Origin: an uncultured Bacteroidales bacterium
GTDB taxonomy: Bacteria > Bacteroidota > Bacteroidia > Bacteroidales > UBA7960
Direction of reading: 5' to 3'
DNA length: 64,000 nucleotides
Assembly: GCA_964589855.1 (NCBI GenBank)
Contig: CAZPVB010000001.1
Location: forward strand, 25,622 to 89,621
Shown: piece after piece, positions 53,068-62,752 of the stretch
How positions within the stretch are numbered: position 1 is the stretch's first letter
Layout of the letters: the number at the start of each line of letters is the position of its first letter
Notes under the pieces: generated by a model
The model's database searches: none
What the model was told of the DNA's origin: nothing
The model's input: the letters and a program-made list of their open reading frames with translations, nothing else
Translations under genes and position numbers: made by a program

Positions 53068-53112
53068 ATATCAAAAAACTGAGACCATTTAATCTTCAAA
53101 AACAGTTATTTC

Positions 53113-53817
53113 ATGTTCACAATAAAAATATTGAAAAAACTCCTCTACCTGATCTTAATTGCAGGGATCATTTTGGCAGGCAGATATTTTTTGTATCAAA
53201 AAAAGTTGTGGGATTTTAGTTTCGGAAAAGAATTAAAAATTGATGACACTGCTATTGTGATCAAAGAAATAAAAAAAATTTCGCAACTGTTTGCCTCTGT
53301 TTATTATGATGAACTGGTACTCGATACCGTAAAAATGGCCTCCAAAGGGACTGCCTACAGACTTAAAGACTGGATACAAATACCTGATCCTTCTCGTATT
53401 ACCAGACCAGAAGATGTTATCAACAAACTGCATTTTGTTGTAATTGCCAGGGGAGAAATAATGGCTGGTTTTGACTTTTCCAAGATAGAAGACCATCATA
53501 TGACCCTTGAAAATGACGAAATTATTTTTGTTTTACCCCCCGCAGAGATTCTGGAAGTGATCATCAATCCATCTGATTATGAGATATTTATTGAAGAGGG
53601 CAATTGGTCGCTGGATGAAGCAGTTGCACTAAAGAAAAAGGCAGCAAAAAAAATGACAAAAAGGGCCGTTGAAAGAGGTATCCTTGAAGAGAGCGAAAAG
53701 AAAGCCATATTGGTTTTAGAAAACTATTTCTCTTTGCTGGGATTTGAAAATGTAACCATCAAAACAACACCAGCGGGCGATTCTGAGCAGCGTTGGGTTT
53801 CCCCTTCCTTAGAGTGA
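53113..53817 (+). CDS. DUF4230-family membrane-anchored protein (second tandem copy)
   Basis: 234 aa with an N-terminal TM helix. It matches the preceding gene in IKKISQLFASVYYDELVL...ARGEIMAGFDFSKIEDHHMTLENDEIIFVLPPAEILEVIINPSD...LENYFSLLGFENVTI. Confidence 0.7.
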   Translation: MFTIKILKKLLYLILIAGIILAGRYFLYQKKLWDFSFGKELKIDDTAIVIKEIKKISQLFASVYYDELVLDTVKMASKGTAYRLKDWIQIPDPSRITRPEDVINKLHFVVIARGEIMAGFDFSKIEDHHMTLENDEIIFVLPPAEILEVIINPSDYEIFIEEGNWSLDEAVALKKKAAKKMTKRAVERGILEESEKKAILVLENYFSLLGFENVTIKTTPAGDSEQRWVSPSLE

Positions 53818-54850
53818 AGGCAAATGTAGACCCCACTCCCGGCATACTCCTCACGTTAATGGTTTGTTGGTGTGCCTCTATTATATGCTTTACGATGGCC
53901 AATCCCAATCCCGATCCTCCTTCACCGGTTTTGCGTGTCCTGCTGCGATCGCCACGATAAAATCGCTCAAAAATTCTGGGTAGTTCCTCTCTGGGGATAC
54001 CCAACCCACTATCGGTAACCTCAACAAGAATGTTTTCATCCATATCAAAGAAACTGATCTTGGTGCGTCCGTTTTCTGTTCCATACTTAATGGAGTTGAG
54101 AATAAGATTGGTGAGTACCTGCTCTATTCGTTTCTTATCGGCATAAACCATCAGCGGACTTTCATGTCCTTTGGCAAAATAGATTCTGATATTTTTTTTC
54201 TCCGCTTTAATTTCAGAAAAGTCAATAACATTGCTGGCAAGAGCAACCAGGTCGAAATTTTCATATTCGAGTTTTAGTTCTCCCGCCTCAAAACGCGAAA
54301 TAACTTCCAGATCATTAATAATATTGATCATACGTTCTATGCTCTGTTCAGTGCGCTCCAGGTATTTACGGTTTATCTGCGGGTCATTGATACCACCGTC
54401 TAATAAAGTGAGCACGTATCCCTGTATGTTAAATATGGGGGTTTTTAATTCATGCGACACATTCCCCAGAAACTCTCGTCGGTATGCTTCCAGTTTTTTC
54501 AGATCGGCAACCTCTCTTGCCTTGTTTTCGGCCCATTCCTGAACTTCCAGGTTGGCTTGTTCTATAATATCATTGCGGTTAAACAATGATATTTTACCTG
54601 GTTTTTTTGACGATTTTAACTCATGAATTGTCTTATAGATAAGCCGTATCTTTTCGTAAATAAACTTATCCAGAATGTATTTATAGGTAAAAAAAGATAT
54701 GAAGAAAAGGACAAGGACGGTGACAATCAAAAGGAATATATTGAGTGGTGTTCGCCAGATCAGGTAACTCAATAAATGAATTACTGCATATATGCTGGTG
54801 GTTACGGAAGATGCAATTACGGAAAGTCTTTGGGAACTGGTTGTATTCAT
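53759..54850 (-). CDS. Sensor histidine kinase, PhoR/EnvZ-like (two N-terminal TM helices, HisKA, HATPase)
   Basis: The first ATG is at 54850; the ORF track uses a TTG at 54856. The H-box is [61 protein letters not shown] closely parallels E. coli PhoR ([39 protein letters not shown]). Confidence 0.88.
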   Translation of the reverse strand: [363 protein letters not shown]

Positions 54851-54926
54851 TAACAAACAAGATTGAAAAGGAAGGAAATATCAAAACTATCAAAAATCAC
54901 CAGAAAGGTCAGTTGGCAGGATGATA

Positions 54927-55619
54927 TCATATCTCGAATTTATATCCTACCCCTTTTACCGTTTTGATCGACTCGATACCAATCTTTTCCCTTAGTTTTC
55001 TCACATGCACATCAATGGTTCTGTCTCCTACAATTACATTGTTTCCCCAAACCTTAGAAAAAATCTCTTCCCTTGAAAAAACTTTATTTGGCTTGGTAGT
55101 AAGCAAAGAAAGGAGTTCAAATTCTTTTTTAGGCAAAATAACTTCTGAATCGCCCATGATTACAATGTATCTTTCTTTATCTATGATTAAATTCCCTACC
55201 TCTATGGTTTGCTTCTCCTCCTTTTTCTCTTCTTTAGTTGAATATCTTCTCAAAAGTGCTTTAATTCTACTGATCAGCAAACTGGGTTTGATAGGTTTGG
55301 AAACATAATCATCGGCACCCGCTTCAAAACCGGCAAGTTGCGAATAATCTTCACTACGCGCAGTTAAAAACATGATAATAGTATTCTCCAGACTGGGTAT
55401 TTTCTTCAATTCTGTGCAGGTTTCCATGCCATCCATCTCTGGCATCATTACATCAAGAATAATGAGATGGGGATTGATTTTTCTGGCAGTTTCAATAGCA
55501 TCCAATCCATTCTCATTTGTGTATACCTGGTAATTTTCTTTTCGTAGGTTATAACTAATGAACTCGAGAATATCAGGCTCATCATCTACGAGTAAAATTT
55601 TATAATCTTCGTTTTTCAT
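54927..55619 (-). CDS. OmpR/PhoB-family response regulator (receiver plus winged-helix DNA-binding domain)
   Basis: The first ATG is at 55619 (MKNEDYKILLVDDEPD); the ORF track uses a TTG at 55649. The receiver carries LDVMMPEMDG and FLTARSED. The C-terminal winged helix carries LPKKEFELLSLL...REEIFSKVWG...DRTIDVHVRKLREKI...VKGVGYKF. Confidence 0.9.
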   Translation of the reverse strand: MKNEDYKILLVDDEPDILEFISYNLRKENYQVYTNENGLDAIETARKINPHLIILDVMMPEMDGMETCTELKKIPSLENTIIMFLTARSEDYSQLAGFEAGADDYVSKPIKPSLLISRIKALLRRYSTKEEKKEEKQTIEVGNLIIDKERYIVIMGDSEVILPKKEFELLSLLTTKPNKVFSREEIFSKVWGNNVIVGDRTIDVHVRKLREKIGIESIKTVKGVGYKFEI

Positions 55620-55774
55620 TTCTATTACAAAATTTTTATGTATTTTCAAGGCGTAAAGATAGGCAATATTTTACTTGCCAACAATCAGACAATGCCGTTC
55701 CATACTCATAATCAACATTATTAATTGTTTGTTAATATTTACTTAACCTTAAATTAAATCTGAAAGAGTGTGTA

Positions 55775-55907
55775 GTTGATCTGTTTATAATTTGATTAAA
55801 ACAGGTCAAATGGTGCTCGCCAACAAAATTGGTTTTGTACTTTTGCCGTTTACTGATATTATAATCATCCGAGTGAGTGTAAATACGATTGTCATGGCTC
55901 GGTTCAT
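55775..55907 (-). repeat. Conserved ~135-nt intergenic element, copy B (sense on - strand), upstream of the response regulator/kinase operon
   Basis: See copy C for the shared blocks. Hand count: 41 of the first 50 nt are identical to copy A, and TTAATCAAATTATAAACA is 18/18 identical. Confidence 0.8.
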
Positions 55908-56216
55908 TGTATTTTTGTTTCAAAAACAATATTGAAACGAGTAATATGATATTTTTGAAAAATTACAGTGTTTATTTTTCCAGACATAGAGCATGTTTTT
56001 GGGTTTCCTTATTTGGTTTGGCGAAATAATAATCTTGTTGAAAATAATAAAAATGAGAATGGGTTTCATCATTTTATAAAAAGATAAACCAGATGCTAAC
56101 AACATTATTGATGCAAACGATCATGATCATTAGGAAACCAAAACGATTATGCAGTCAGAAAAAGGCACATAACGCTGCAATTATGGTAGATATAAAAACA
56201 GATAAAAACAAAACAC

Positions 56217-57401
56217 ATGAAAAAAAGGCATAAGTACCTGGCAATAATTCTTATCATTGTACTGGGAACACCCATTTTTTTGCATTTGTGGTGGAAGTTT
56301 TCACCCAGCCGACCCTTGTCGGTTTTTATTATGGATAAAAGTGCAGCAACAAAAAATATGGCAGAGCAAAGATCTATCAACTGGCTGCTAAACCACTATA
56401 AATTTGTAAAAAAAGATTTCACTTCCTATGATCCCCGGCAGGATTATTTTGGTTTTTTTGCCCTGTCCGACTCCCGTTACGAAATCCGCGACCTGACCAG
56501 CAAAACCAGAAGCGATATTGAAAATCTGGCAAATCAATATGATCTGGCATATTTTACAAATAGTTACGGGGTGTATGGGGCAGATTTTTACACTGACAAT
56601 AAGAACACACAAAATGAGATTGGAATGCTGTATGGCGGAATTTCTGACCATGACCTCGTTTTTATAGAGCAAATGATGAACCAGGGCAAACCAGTGATTG
56701 CCGAATATGTATTTTTCTCACCTCCAACTAAACCCGGACAAAGGAGCAAAGCAGAATCAATATTTGACATTGAATGGAAAAACTGGTCGGGTAAATTTTA
56801 TCAGAATTTCGATATATCCAAAAACCCTCCATTACCTTCCTGGGTTGTAAAAGCATATGAGAATCAAAACAACCAACAATGGAATTATAAAAATAATGGC
56901 ATCATACTTTTAGGTGAAAATGGAGAAATGGTGGTTTTGGAATATCCTCATCATTTAAATACTCCTGTTACATTGATCATTACAGAAAAAGACCACAGAA
57001 AAACTTACGGCATGAGCAACCGCATACCCTACCCCGGATGGTTTGACCTGATAGAACCTCTCCATTCACAAAAGGAAATTATTTCGTGGTTTGAACTGGA
57101 TGTAACTCCCTTAGGACAAGAAATTCTTGCTGAACATGATCTCCCCTCACGTTTTCCCGCCGCAATAGCAGATAAGGAGGCACCTAAAAATATGTATCTT
57201 GCCGGGGATTTCGGACACACAGAACTCAGTAAACGCTTTGTACAAATCAAAGGGGCGAGATTTCACGAGTTATTTCTTGCAGACCTGAATGATTTCACTG
57301 ACAACAGAGGCGTTTATTTTGCCTATTATCTGCCCTTGATGAAAACATTTCTCAATGATTATTATCAGGAAATTAAAAAAAATTCAGAAAGAGGAAACTA
57401 A
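56217..57401 (+). CDS. Hypothetical membrane-anchored protein (no recognisable domain)
   Basis: 394 aa with an N-terminal TM anchor (YLAIILIIVLGTPIFLHLWW). It is a long uninterrupted ORF with normal composition. I recognise no motifs. Confidence 0.6.
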   Translation: MKKRHKYLAIILIIVLGTPIFLHLWWKFSPSRPLSVFIMDKSAATKNMAEQRSINWLLNHYKFVKKDFTSYDPRQDYFGFFALSDSRYEIRDLTSKTRSDIENLANQYDLAYFTNSYGVYGADFYTDNKNTQNEIGMLYGGISDHDLVFIEQMMNQGKPVIAEYVFFSPPTKPGQRSKAESIFDIEWKNWSGKFYQNFDISKNPPLPSWVVKAYENQNNQQWNYKNNGIILLGENGEMVVLEYPHHLNTPVTLIITEKDHRKTYGMSNRIPYPGWFDLIEPLHSQKEIISWFELDVTPLGQEILAEHDLPSRFPAAIADKEAPKNMYLAGDFGHTELSKRFVQIKGARFHELFLADLNDFTDNRGVYFAYYLPLMKTFLNDYYQEIKKNSERGN

Positions 57402-57520
57402 AAGAGATTAAATAAAGCTGAGGAATAAAGTGCCAGGATCACAAAAAAGATGCTGGTGCTTATAATAAGATAAAATAAGCATGCAGCACTAACCTGCTGA
57501 TCATAAATTAAAAAACCTTT

Positions 57521-58810
57521 TTAATTTACAGATGACTGATGATCGCTCTTTTTCGTGCGCTCATTTGTAGCAAGCATATTCTCATTACTCTTCTTTTCTT
57601 CCAGAAGCGGGAAAGGTGAATTACCAACCAGGAAGGATATATTCTTATCAAGACTATTGATAGAGGAATTGGTATTGTTTAAAATAACCAGCAGACTGTT
57701 ATCAGGCAATTTCACGTATGCATTTCTAAACCCTCTCCACCATCCATGGTGATATGCCATAGGGAGATTGGCACTATTGCGGATTCTGTAACCCATACCA
57801 TAATTAATTTTTCTGCCGTTATCAAGTTTTCCGTAATCAAACACCATTTGAGTAGTTTCATCCGAAATTAAAACATTATTCTCTAATGCGTTATACCATT
57901 TCAACAAATCTTCGGCACTGGAGAAAACACCCTTATCACCAGTAATACCATCTATATAATCAACAGGGATAACCCTCATATAGCGCGACATTCTATCATG
58001 ACCTGCTACAACTTCACCGGTTTTAACCTTTTCATAAAGGGGTGTTTGATGCTCAAATACAAAGGAATGCTGCATGTCCAGCGGATCGAAAATCGATGAT
58101 TTTACAAACTGTGCAAAACGCTGTCCGGAAACTTTTTCGACCAACATCGCCAAAAATGCATATCCTGAATTGGAATAACTAAAACGGCGACCGGGTATAA
58201 AATTCAAAGGGACAGATCGGTTGATGAACATGTCAAGCATATCATCAAAATCAGGAAGATAATCATTTTTCCAGAAGTTATCTATCAGATACATATAATT
58301 CTGAAGTCCGGAGGTGTGATGCAGCAGATGTCTTACGGTGATTTCTTCATAAGGAAAACCATCGATATATTTATTTACGCATGAATCGAGATCAATTTTT
58401 CCCTTTTCATACAAAATCAATGTAGCAATCGCTGTAAATTGTTTGCTCAAGGAAGCCAACTGAAAAATATTATTTTCTTCGGCAAATTCTATTTTTTCCG
58501 CAAAATTCGAATAACCCATGCTTTTGTTGTATACAACTTCTCCTTTGTGCGCCAACAAAACAGTACCATTGAAACGACGTGAAGAAAGAATGCGGGTGAG
58601 ATTATCCTCAATATAACTTACATATTCCGGATTAAAATTTACTTTGGACTCAAGGGAAAAAAAGTAGTCATGATCGAATGTAGCATAATCTTTACTTTTT
58701 TGATTTGCCTGATGAAAATTCCCAATCATCAGAAACAAAGTAATAAATGCTACATTTCTGAAAGGACGGGCGATTTTGTATATAAATTGTAGAACTATAG
58801 ACATAGACAT
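57521..58810 (-). CDS. Serine hydrolase of the beta-lactamase / penicillin-binding-protein class C family
   Basis: 429 aa with an N-terminal anchor. The S-x-x-K motif is in LASLSKQFTA and the Y-x-N motif is in FSYSNSGYAFL. The overall pattern is typical of AmpC-like esterases. Confidence 0.8.
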   Translation of the reverse strand: MSMSIVLQFIYKIARPFRNVAFITLFLMIGNFHQANQKSKDYATFDHDYFFSLESKVNFNPEYVSYIEDNLTRILSSRRFNGTVLLAHKGEVVYNKSMGYSNFAEKIEFAEENNIFQLASLSKQFTAIATLILYEKGKIDLDSCVNKYIDGFPYEEITVRHLLHHTSGLQNYMYLIDNFWKNDYLPDFDDMLDMFINRSVPLNFIPGRRFSYSNSGYAFLAMLVEKVSGQRFAQFVKSSIFDPLDMQHSFVFEHQTPLYEKVKTGEVVAGHDRMSRYMRVIPVDYIDGITGDKGVFSSAEDLLKWYNALENNVLISDETTQMVFDYGKLDNGRKINYGMGYRIRNSANLPMAYHHGWWRGFRNAYVKLPDNSLLVILNNTNSSINSLDKNISFLVGNSPFPLLEEKKSNENMLATNERTKKSDHQSSVN

Positions 58811-59160
58811 TAAAAAATTCTTGTTTTAAAAATCAAAATTGTTTTGGATTCGCAGATATTATTTTCACAGATAACATCTTTCATTCGCTACTTTTCACTC
58901 AAATCATGTACAAATGTATAAAATCCATTTTTCAAATATCTCGTATATACACTGATTTAACTGGCAGGTATTTATACCTGTATCCATTTTTTCCTGCTCC
59001 GGAAATCATACGTCTTTAAAAAACGTATATGCACAGAAGTTACAACAACACAGGTCGGATAAAAGTACAGGAAAGGTAAACTGTGTAATTTACGATGTCA
59101 GGGCAAACATGTTCAATTTTTAATTTAATTTAACTTGGATTCACTCAAACAGATTGTCAG

Positions 59161-59817
59161 TTACCAAATTTCATAGGTTATTCCTAACGTCCAGAGCATA
59201 TTATACTGTCCTCTGTTATACCACCTGCTGGCTCCACTTGCGTGCGGACGCGCCGGAGTAAATCCATGAGAAAACCCAAAATGAAAATCGAAGATATTGC
59301 CTACCGGATACGTCAATCCCAGTAAAATATTACCTTCAAAAGGGTAAAATTCTCTGTTTTCCATTTCAGGAACTTCAGCTCCTCCCTCCTGCTCTCTCCA
59401 ACCTACAATGGCAGAAGCAGATAATCCGCCCTCCAGCACCAATTTGCTCAAATACCGGTTTCGGGTAAAGGATGTAATATCAATTCTATAGGTCACAGGA
59501 ACTTCAACATACTGCAAGGACAAACGGTATTCAAAAAAATTATTGTTTTCATCGGGCACTGACCTGCTTCCCTTTTCAATATACATAATTGCCAACTTGA
59601 GCTCTGACAACTCTGACAAAGAAGTTGATGTATAAACAGAAGCATACCATCCCAATTTATTGGGTCCCCCCAGGTTGTCACCCGAGATTTCTGATGCTAC
59701 CAAACCACCAGTCAGACCGCCCCGAAAACGCTGAGATGAAGCAAAACCGGCAATAAAAATCAATACCAAAAAAACATATAAAGAACGAAATAGAAGCAAA
59801 GATCTGTTATGGGACAT
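59161..59817 (-). CDS. Small outer-membrane beta-barrel protein (PorT/OmpA-like beta-barrel family)
   Basis: 218 aa with a signal peptide. It has alternating hydrophobic beta-strand patterns, a G/Y-rich composition and a C-terminal aromatic ending (LGITYEIW). Confidence 0.65.
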   Translation of the reverse strand: MSHNRSLLLFRSLYVFLVLIFIAGFASSQRFRGGLTGGLVASEISGDNLGGPNKLGWYASVYTSTSLSELSELKLAIMYIEKGSRSVPDENNNFFEYRLSLQYVEVPVTYRIDITSFTRNRYLSKLVLEGGLSASAIVGWREQEGGAEVPEMENREFYPFEGNILLGLTYPVGNIFDFHFGFSHGFTPARPHASGASRWYNRGQYNMLWTLGITYEIW

Positions 59818-59839
59818 AATGTTTGTAATTTATATTTTC

Positions 59840-59875
59840 AAAAATCTTTATCAAGGTATAAATATAAAGATTTTT
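59840..59875. promoter_or_regulatory. Perfect 12-bp inverted repeat in a divergent promoter region
   Basis: The arms are AAAAATCTTTAT and ATAAAGATTTTT, separated by 12 nt (CAAGGTATAAAT). The repeat starts 23 nt upstream of the minus-strand ATG at 59817. Confidence 0.4.
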
Positions 59876-60395
59876 ACACATTACTTAGCTTTTTATCCAT
59901 CTATTCAACAAGGGCAGGAAAACTATTATTTTGATGTGAACCTGATAAGAAAACAATGCAACCTTTTCGCTGAATCCAACGTAATCTTTAAAGGTTATAA
60001 ACAATCTAAATCAGGCAAATTATAATAATTTAAGCCAGGTTTTTTCCAGGAAAACAAAAATGTTCTATCAAAAAAGAGAGGTCTTTTATCCTTTTCGCTT
60101 TCATGAAGAGACGGTGGAAATCAATTTTCCTTCTTTACGAAATCGTTCAGAATGAACATTGTAATCATAGCAGTGACGTTTTTTTCTGGAACTGCCTGGC
60201 ATTTTTCTTTGAGATATGCATCCTGCAGTGATGCAATATTTCATTGAGATGGGTGGAATTATTCCAGCATACGGAAAAGAATAAATAAATATTATTTGTA
60301 AAATTTTTGATCTGTAAATAATTTCCCGATCTTTTGCTTACATTTGCTTTTTCAACAAAAAAAACAAAACAATAACAAAGCAAACACGGTATTTA

Positions 60396-62339
60396 ATGAT
60401 AGACAATCTGCATTATCTTATACCCGTTAATTCGAATGATGATATATCTTCTTATCAGAAGGTACTTGATCATTCGTCTATTGTTATCATTATAGACCAA
60501 CATAAAAAAATCAAATATGTAAATCAAAAATTTACCGGGATTTCAGGATTCAATCTTAAAAAACTGGCCGGTAAAGATTTTGAATGGTTAGATGCAAGAA
60601 GTAATACGGAGGATTTATACAAGAAATTCTGGAAAAAACTCAATTCCGGATCCACCTGGCAAGGTGAACTTCTTCAAAAAAAAACTGACGATGAAGCTTT
60701 CTGGCAGCAAGCCAGTGTTTTTCCTTTCAAAAACGAACGAGGTGAAGTATATCAATACATATGTGTAGGGCACGACATTACAACCTACAAAAAAGCCATG
60801 CAGATCAAAAATCAATTTTTGGCCAATATGAGCCACGAATTGCGCACACCACTGCACAGCATTTACAGTTTAAGTAATTTACTTGCCGAAACACAACTCA
60901 ACGACGACCAGAATGACTACATGGAGAACATACTCAATGCAACCAATGTGCTCATGCGCATGCTTGAGGATATGCTCGACATGAATAAAATTGAAACAGG
61001 ACAAATAAAATTTGATCATAAACTTTTTAACCCCAAAACCATTGTAGAATCACTCTACAAAATGTTTCAGGAAAAATCTAAACAGAAAAAGATTGAATTT
61101 TATCTTGATTATGACCCAAAACTACCAGACTTTGTGCTGGGCGACCCCTATCGCCTGAAACAAATACTAATACATCTGCTGGAAAATGCTTTTAAATATA
61201 CGCCCCATGGAAATATAAAACTCACTTGCCATTTCAAGGGTAGCAACGAACGTTATACATTTTTCAATTTTTCAATAGAAGATACAGGTATAGGAATATC
61301 TTCAGACAACCTGAACCTGATACAGGAAAAGTTTCAACAGGCAAACATGACCGATACCAGAACATATGGTGGAAGTGGACTGGGGCTTACCATTGTAAAA
61401 AAACTTATCGAACTGCAAAATGGTAAATTTGAGATCAGCAGCTCTGAAAATATAGGAACAAAGGTATCCTTTACTTTGCCCATGGGCGATACTTCTGATT
61501 CAAAAAACGATAAAGAGATCAACACGCAATCGGATACCGAAAAGATCCAGGGCATGAGAGTGCTGATTGCGGAAGATGTAGACATCAACCAGCTGGTAAT
61601 AAAAAAACATATGCAAAAATTTGGCTTTATTGCCGATTTTGCAGAAAACGGTAAAATTGCCATTGAAAAATTAAAAATAAATCAATACGAAATTGTTCTG
61701 ATGGATATGCAAATGCCCGTTATGGACGGATATAAAGCCATTTCAATTATTCGAAACGAACTACCCGATCACATTAAAAACATACCCATTATTTCTATTA
61801 CGGCAAGCGTAATGGGTGAAGCACCCAGGAAATGCCTTGAAGTAGGCGCAAACGACTACGTGCCAAAACCTTATGACGTAAAGGAGTTGAAAAGCAAAAT
61901 GGAAAAATGGGTGTTTCAAAACGAAGAAAACGCTTCAGCAACAAAACATCACATGGAAAATAACAGCAACAACAAAAAAGAATCACTTATTGATCTGGAT
62001 TACCTGGAACAATTAAGTGAAGGAGATGACGATTTTACCATTAGCATGCTTTCTTATTTTATTGACAATACACCCTCAGTATTGCAGGAGATGAAAGATT
62101 ATTACAAGGAAAAAAACTGGAAAGCACTAAGAAATGTTGCCCACAAATTTAAACCACAACTCACCTTTATGGGAATTAAATCAATTTTTAATGATGTTGA
62201 AAATATTGAACAAAATGCTGCGCATGTAAAAAATACAGATGAGATACCCCAAATGATTGAAAAGACTGAAACTGTTGCCATGAAAGCTTTGGAAGAAATT
62301 CAGGAGGAATTGGAAAAACTGCTTGATAAAAATCAGTGA
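60396..62339 (+). CDS. Hybrid sensor histidine kinase (PAS, HisKA, HATPase, receiver, HPt)
   Basis: 647 aa. The PAS-like N-terminus carries IIIDQHKKIKYVNQKFTGISGF. The H-box is FLANMSHELRTPLHSI and the G-box is GGSGLGLTIVKKL. The receiver carries VLIAEDVDINQ...LMDMQMPVMDG, and a C-terminal HPt carries AHKFKPQLTFMG. Confidence 0.88.
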   Translation: MIDNLHYLIPVNSNDDISSYQKVLDHSSIVIIIDQHKKIKYVNQKFTGISGFNLKKLAGKDFEWLDARSNTEDLYKKFWKKLNSGSTWQGELLQKKTDDEAFWQQASVFPFKNERGEVYQYICVGHDITTYKKAMQIKNQFLANMSHELRTPLHSIYSLSNLLAETQLNDDQNDYMENILNATNVLMRMLEDMLDMNKIETGQIKFDHKLFNPKTIVESLYKMFQEKSKQKKIEFYLDYDPKLPDFVLGDPYRLKQILIHLLENAFKYTPHGNIKLTCHFKGSNERYTFFNFSIEDTGIGISSDNLNLIQEKFQQANMTDTRTYGGSGLGLTIVKKLIELQNGKFEISSSENIGTKVSFTLPMGDTSDSKNDKEINTQSDTEKIQGMRVLIAEDVDINQLVIKKHMQKFGFIADFAENGKIAIEKLKINQYEIVLMDMQMPVMDGYKAISIIRNELPDHIKNIPIISITASVMGEAPRKCLEVGANDYVPKPYDVKELKSKMEKWVFQNEENASATKHHMENNSNNKKESLIDLDYLEQLSEGDDDFTISMLSYFIDNTPSVLQEMKDYYKEKNWKALRNVAHKFKPQLTFMGIKSIFNDVENIEQNAAHVKNTDEIPQMIEKTETVAMKALEEIQEELEKLLDKNQ

Positions 62340-62752
62340 GTTTTTCTATGATTATTGCACTGTTAACAACTTATTCGCACTTTTCACGTAAGACATAACG
62401 AAAAACCCTTAGTCGTTCATTTGTAATGCATTGCATAGCAACAATATATAAACAAAGGGTGGTTTTTAATGATAATTACAAATGTTTTTTTTAACACATA
62501 CACTTAAATAATTTACTTTTTATTATTGTTTGACATATTTTTTTCTATTTTTGAGTGCTTGTAAAATCCTTCTGAAAAGAGCGGACAGAAAGCGATCCTG
62601 ACAATATGATCTTTTTTATACATAGACAATAAACATTATGTAGTTTGTTATTTTTATCATCCTAACGACATTTATTTCACAAAAGGATTTTTAAAGCAAC
62701 AACATGTTATTTACTTCTTAGAACAAATTTTAGCAAATAAAACCATAAAAAG

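Noticed and set aside
55920-56380. Three 61-77-aa minus-strand ORFs in the AT-rich region between the TCS operon and the 394-aa gene
   Set aside because: They are low-complexity and AT-driven, overlap each other and the start of the + strand gene, and have no motifs. The first one (55732-55929) merely spans repeat element copy B.
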